From contig NC_057720.1 in NCBI RefSeq assembly GCF_004010195.1, forward strand, positions 19,559,380 through 19,623,379: a DNA stretch of 64,000 bases, written 5' to 3'. Shown piece by piece: positions 62,099 to 64,000 of the stretch. The notes beneath the pieces are model-generated. The model saw nothing but the letters and a program-made list of their open reading frames with translations. It was not told the DNA's origin and made no database searches. The translations under genes and the position numbers were made by a program. The stretch's first letter is position 1, and each line of letters begins with the position of its first letter. Source of the stretch: Chiloscyllium plagiosum (taxonomy: Eukaryota).

Positions 62099-62817
62099 CA
62101 CTTATTGACACTGGTGGATTGTAAAGTTGATGGTTTATAAATTAATAATATCTCACATGTGAACGAAATCTAAAACTCTGTTATGATGGAATTCCCATCA
62201 CCTTCACCACATGAGTTTAAGAAGTTTAGCACCTTTGTTCTAAAATAAACAATTTTGTCTTAGACGAGTGAAAATGAAAAATGCTGGAAATAGAGTCATA
62301 GAGTCATAGAGGTGTGACAGTGGGTCAGGCAACATCCATGGAGAGAACAAGTTAACGTTTTGAGTCTAGATGACTCTTCACCAGATCAATTAGATAATCT
62401 ATATTTTTCCATAATTTATGAAACCATCAATGAAATTACTCCTTAACCTGCCAAGCAAGCAGACCAGGGATACAACTGAATATCATGATGTCTCTTGTTG
62501 TACTTCAACATTACAAAATGGAATCCAAGAATCATTTTATTCTTTTTAGGCCAAAGTGGGTGACCTCAAATTCATCTAAATTAAAATTTACAATGTACAG
62601 ATATTTTCTTCTTTATTCTTTCATGGGATTTGGACATCACTGGCACCACCCCCATTTACTGCTCAATCCTTAGTTCTCTTGAATTGGTGACCTGCTAGGC
62701 CATTTCAGAGGGCAGTTAAGAAACAACTACATTCCTGCAGATCTGGTGTCACATGGAGGCCAAAGTAGTTAATGTGGCAGATTTCCTTCCCTAAAGGGAT
62801 TGCTGACAGTCTCAGTA

Positions 62818-63133
62818 ATTAGATTAGATTACTTACAGTGTGGAAACAGGCCCTTCGACCCAACAAGTCCACACCGACCCACCGAAGCGCAACCCACCCA
62901 GACCCATTCCCCTACATTTACACCTTCACCTAACACTACGGGCAATTTAGCATGGCCAATTTACCTAACCTGCACATCTTTGGACTGTGGGAGGAAACCG
63001 GAGCACCCAAAGGAAACCCACGCAGACACGGGGAGAATGTGCAAACACCATACAGTCGCCTGAGGCGGGAATTGAACCCGGGTCTCTGGCGCTGTGAGGC
63101 AGCAGTGCTAACCACTGTACCACCGTGCCGCCC
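62818..63133 (-). mobile_element. HE1-type V-SINE nested in another SINE
   Basis: Near-identical to 33851-34173; host SINE sequence lies on both sides (62600-62817, 63134-63290). Confidence 0.9.
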
Positions 63134-63294
63134 ACAAATGGTGACTGTGAAACTAGCTTTCAATTCCAGATTTTATCCATTAGTTTAAACCCCAGAAGTT
63201 GGCATGGTGGAATTTGAGCCCATGTCTCCAGAACATTAACCTGGGTCTCTGGGTTATTATTCCAATGAAATTTTTATCACACCATTGTCTTCCC

Positions 63295-64000
63295 TACTCA
63301 GCTGCTTCTGCATTACCTTCTAATGTAGGCACAGCATCAGTACATGAGATGATGGCTACAAGTGTTAGATCAAATGACAAGGTTTCCTTCTCATCAAATT
63401 TTGATTTCTGTTGGACCAAATCTTATATCACGTCTTCATCAGTTGGCAGTTCTTGATTAAAGCAAAAAATGCATACTTACACCATCTGCAGCTTGTAAAT
63501 CAGGAAAAGAATAGTGGGGTGATGGAGACGCAGGATTTGAGAACACGGGTTAGAATGAAGATGTTGCTATCTTCCATAGTTTCTGCTCCATCACTGGTCG
63601 CCAGTCTGGCTGCTCCAATAATGGAGGGAACTGTCTCCTGTGTTGGCATGACAACATACAACCTTCAGGTATCACTGCCTCCAGTTTTATAGGACACTTT
63701 TCTGTGAGAGACGGAGAGAAAAGTCTGTCAATCAGTTTGCAATATGTTTGTGTGATGTATTCATCATATTTGAGTATATATCAGTGCAGGTAAACTGAGC
63801 AGTGCTGAGTGTATGGAAATGAAATGATGCTGTGACTGTGAGGTATGAGCCATGCTTGATGGAGAATATTGGTAAATGAGTGAAAGGGATATGCTGAATG
63901 GAGCAGTGCATGAGGATAATAATTCGTTCACAAACCTTAACCATTCATGTGAGTCACTAAACATCTTCCTGCAGTATGTTCAGGTCCTTGATGCCAGAAT
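63295..64000 (-). pseudogene. Decayed intron-containing Myb/SANT-type gene of a PIF/Harbinger transposon
   Basis: Minus strand SRT*TYCRKMFSD(L)T..VK|gt, pyrimidine-rich acceptor tctctcacag at about 63702, KTGG..TQETVPSIIG..DGAETMED, LSFDLTL; stops and frameshifts. Confidence 0.55.

Overview
Eukaryotic, repeat-rich vertebrate DNA, most likely a shark or other elasmobranch judging from HE1-type V-SINEs and CR1 LINEs. It has one 999-N scaffold gap (38837-39835). Two complete 7-exon genes lie on the minus strand and were rebuilt by hand from GT-AG splice sites and reading phase: DNTTIP2 (ATG 23036, stop 4030; 467 aa, Fcf2 C-terminus) and GCLM (ATG 43457, stop 27817; 276 aa). A probable first coding micro-exon (MSRATFFE|gtaaga, 59206-59229, + strand) may belong to a TECR-family gene that continues past the window. 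The rest is CR1 and RTE LINE relics, SINEs, a possible solo LTR, a decayed Harbinger Myb/SANT gene and many Penelope-like element (PLE) pieces. The most striking signal is that four unrelated PLE terminal-repeat families (here A-D) each encode a minimal hammerhead-ribozyme fold: 3-bp stem I, CUGANGA+N, covarying stem II, then GAA plus palindromic ACGU/AGCU. They often occur as short, non-coding, TSD-flanked palindromes with one hammerhead per strand. There is also a cluster of locally templated inversions and duplications. Most ORFs in the supplied track are spurious or TE-derived. All homology calls are from recalled motifs, not database searches.
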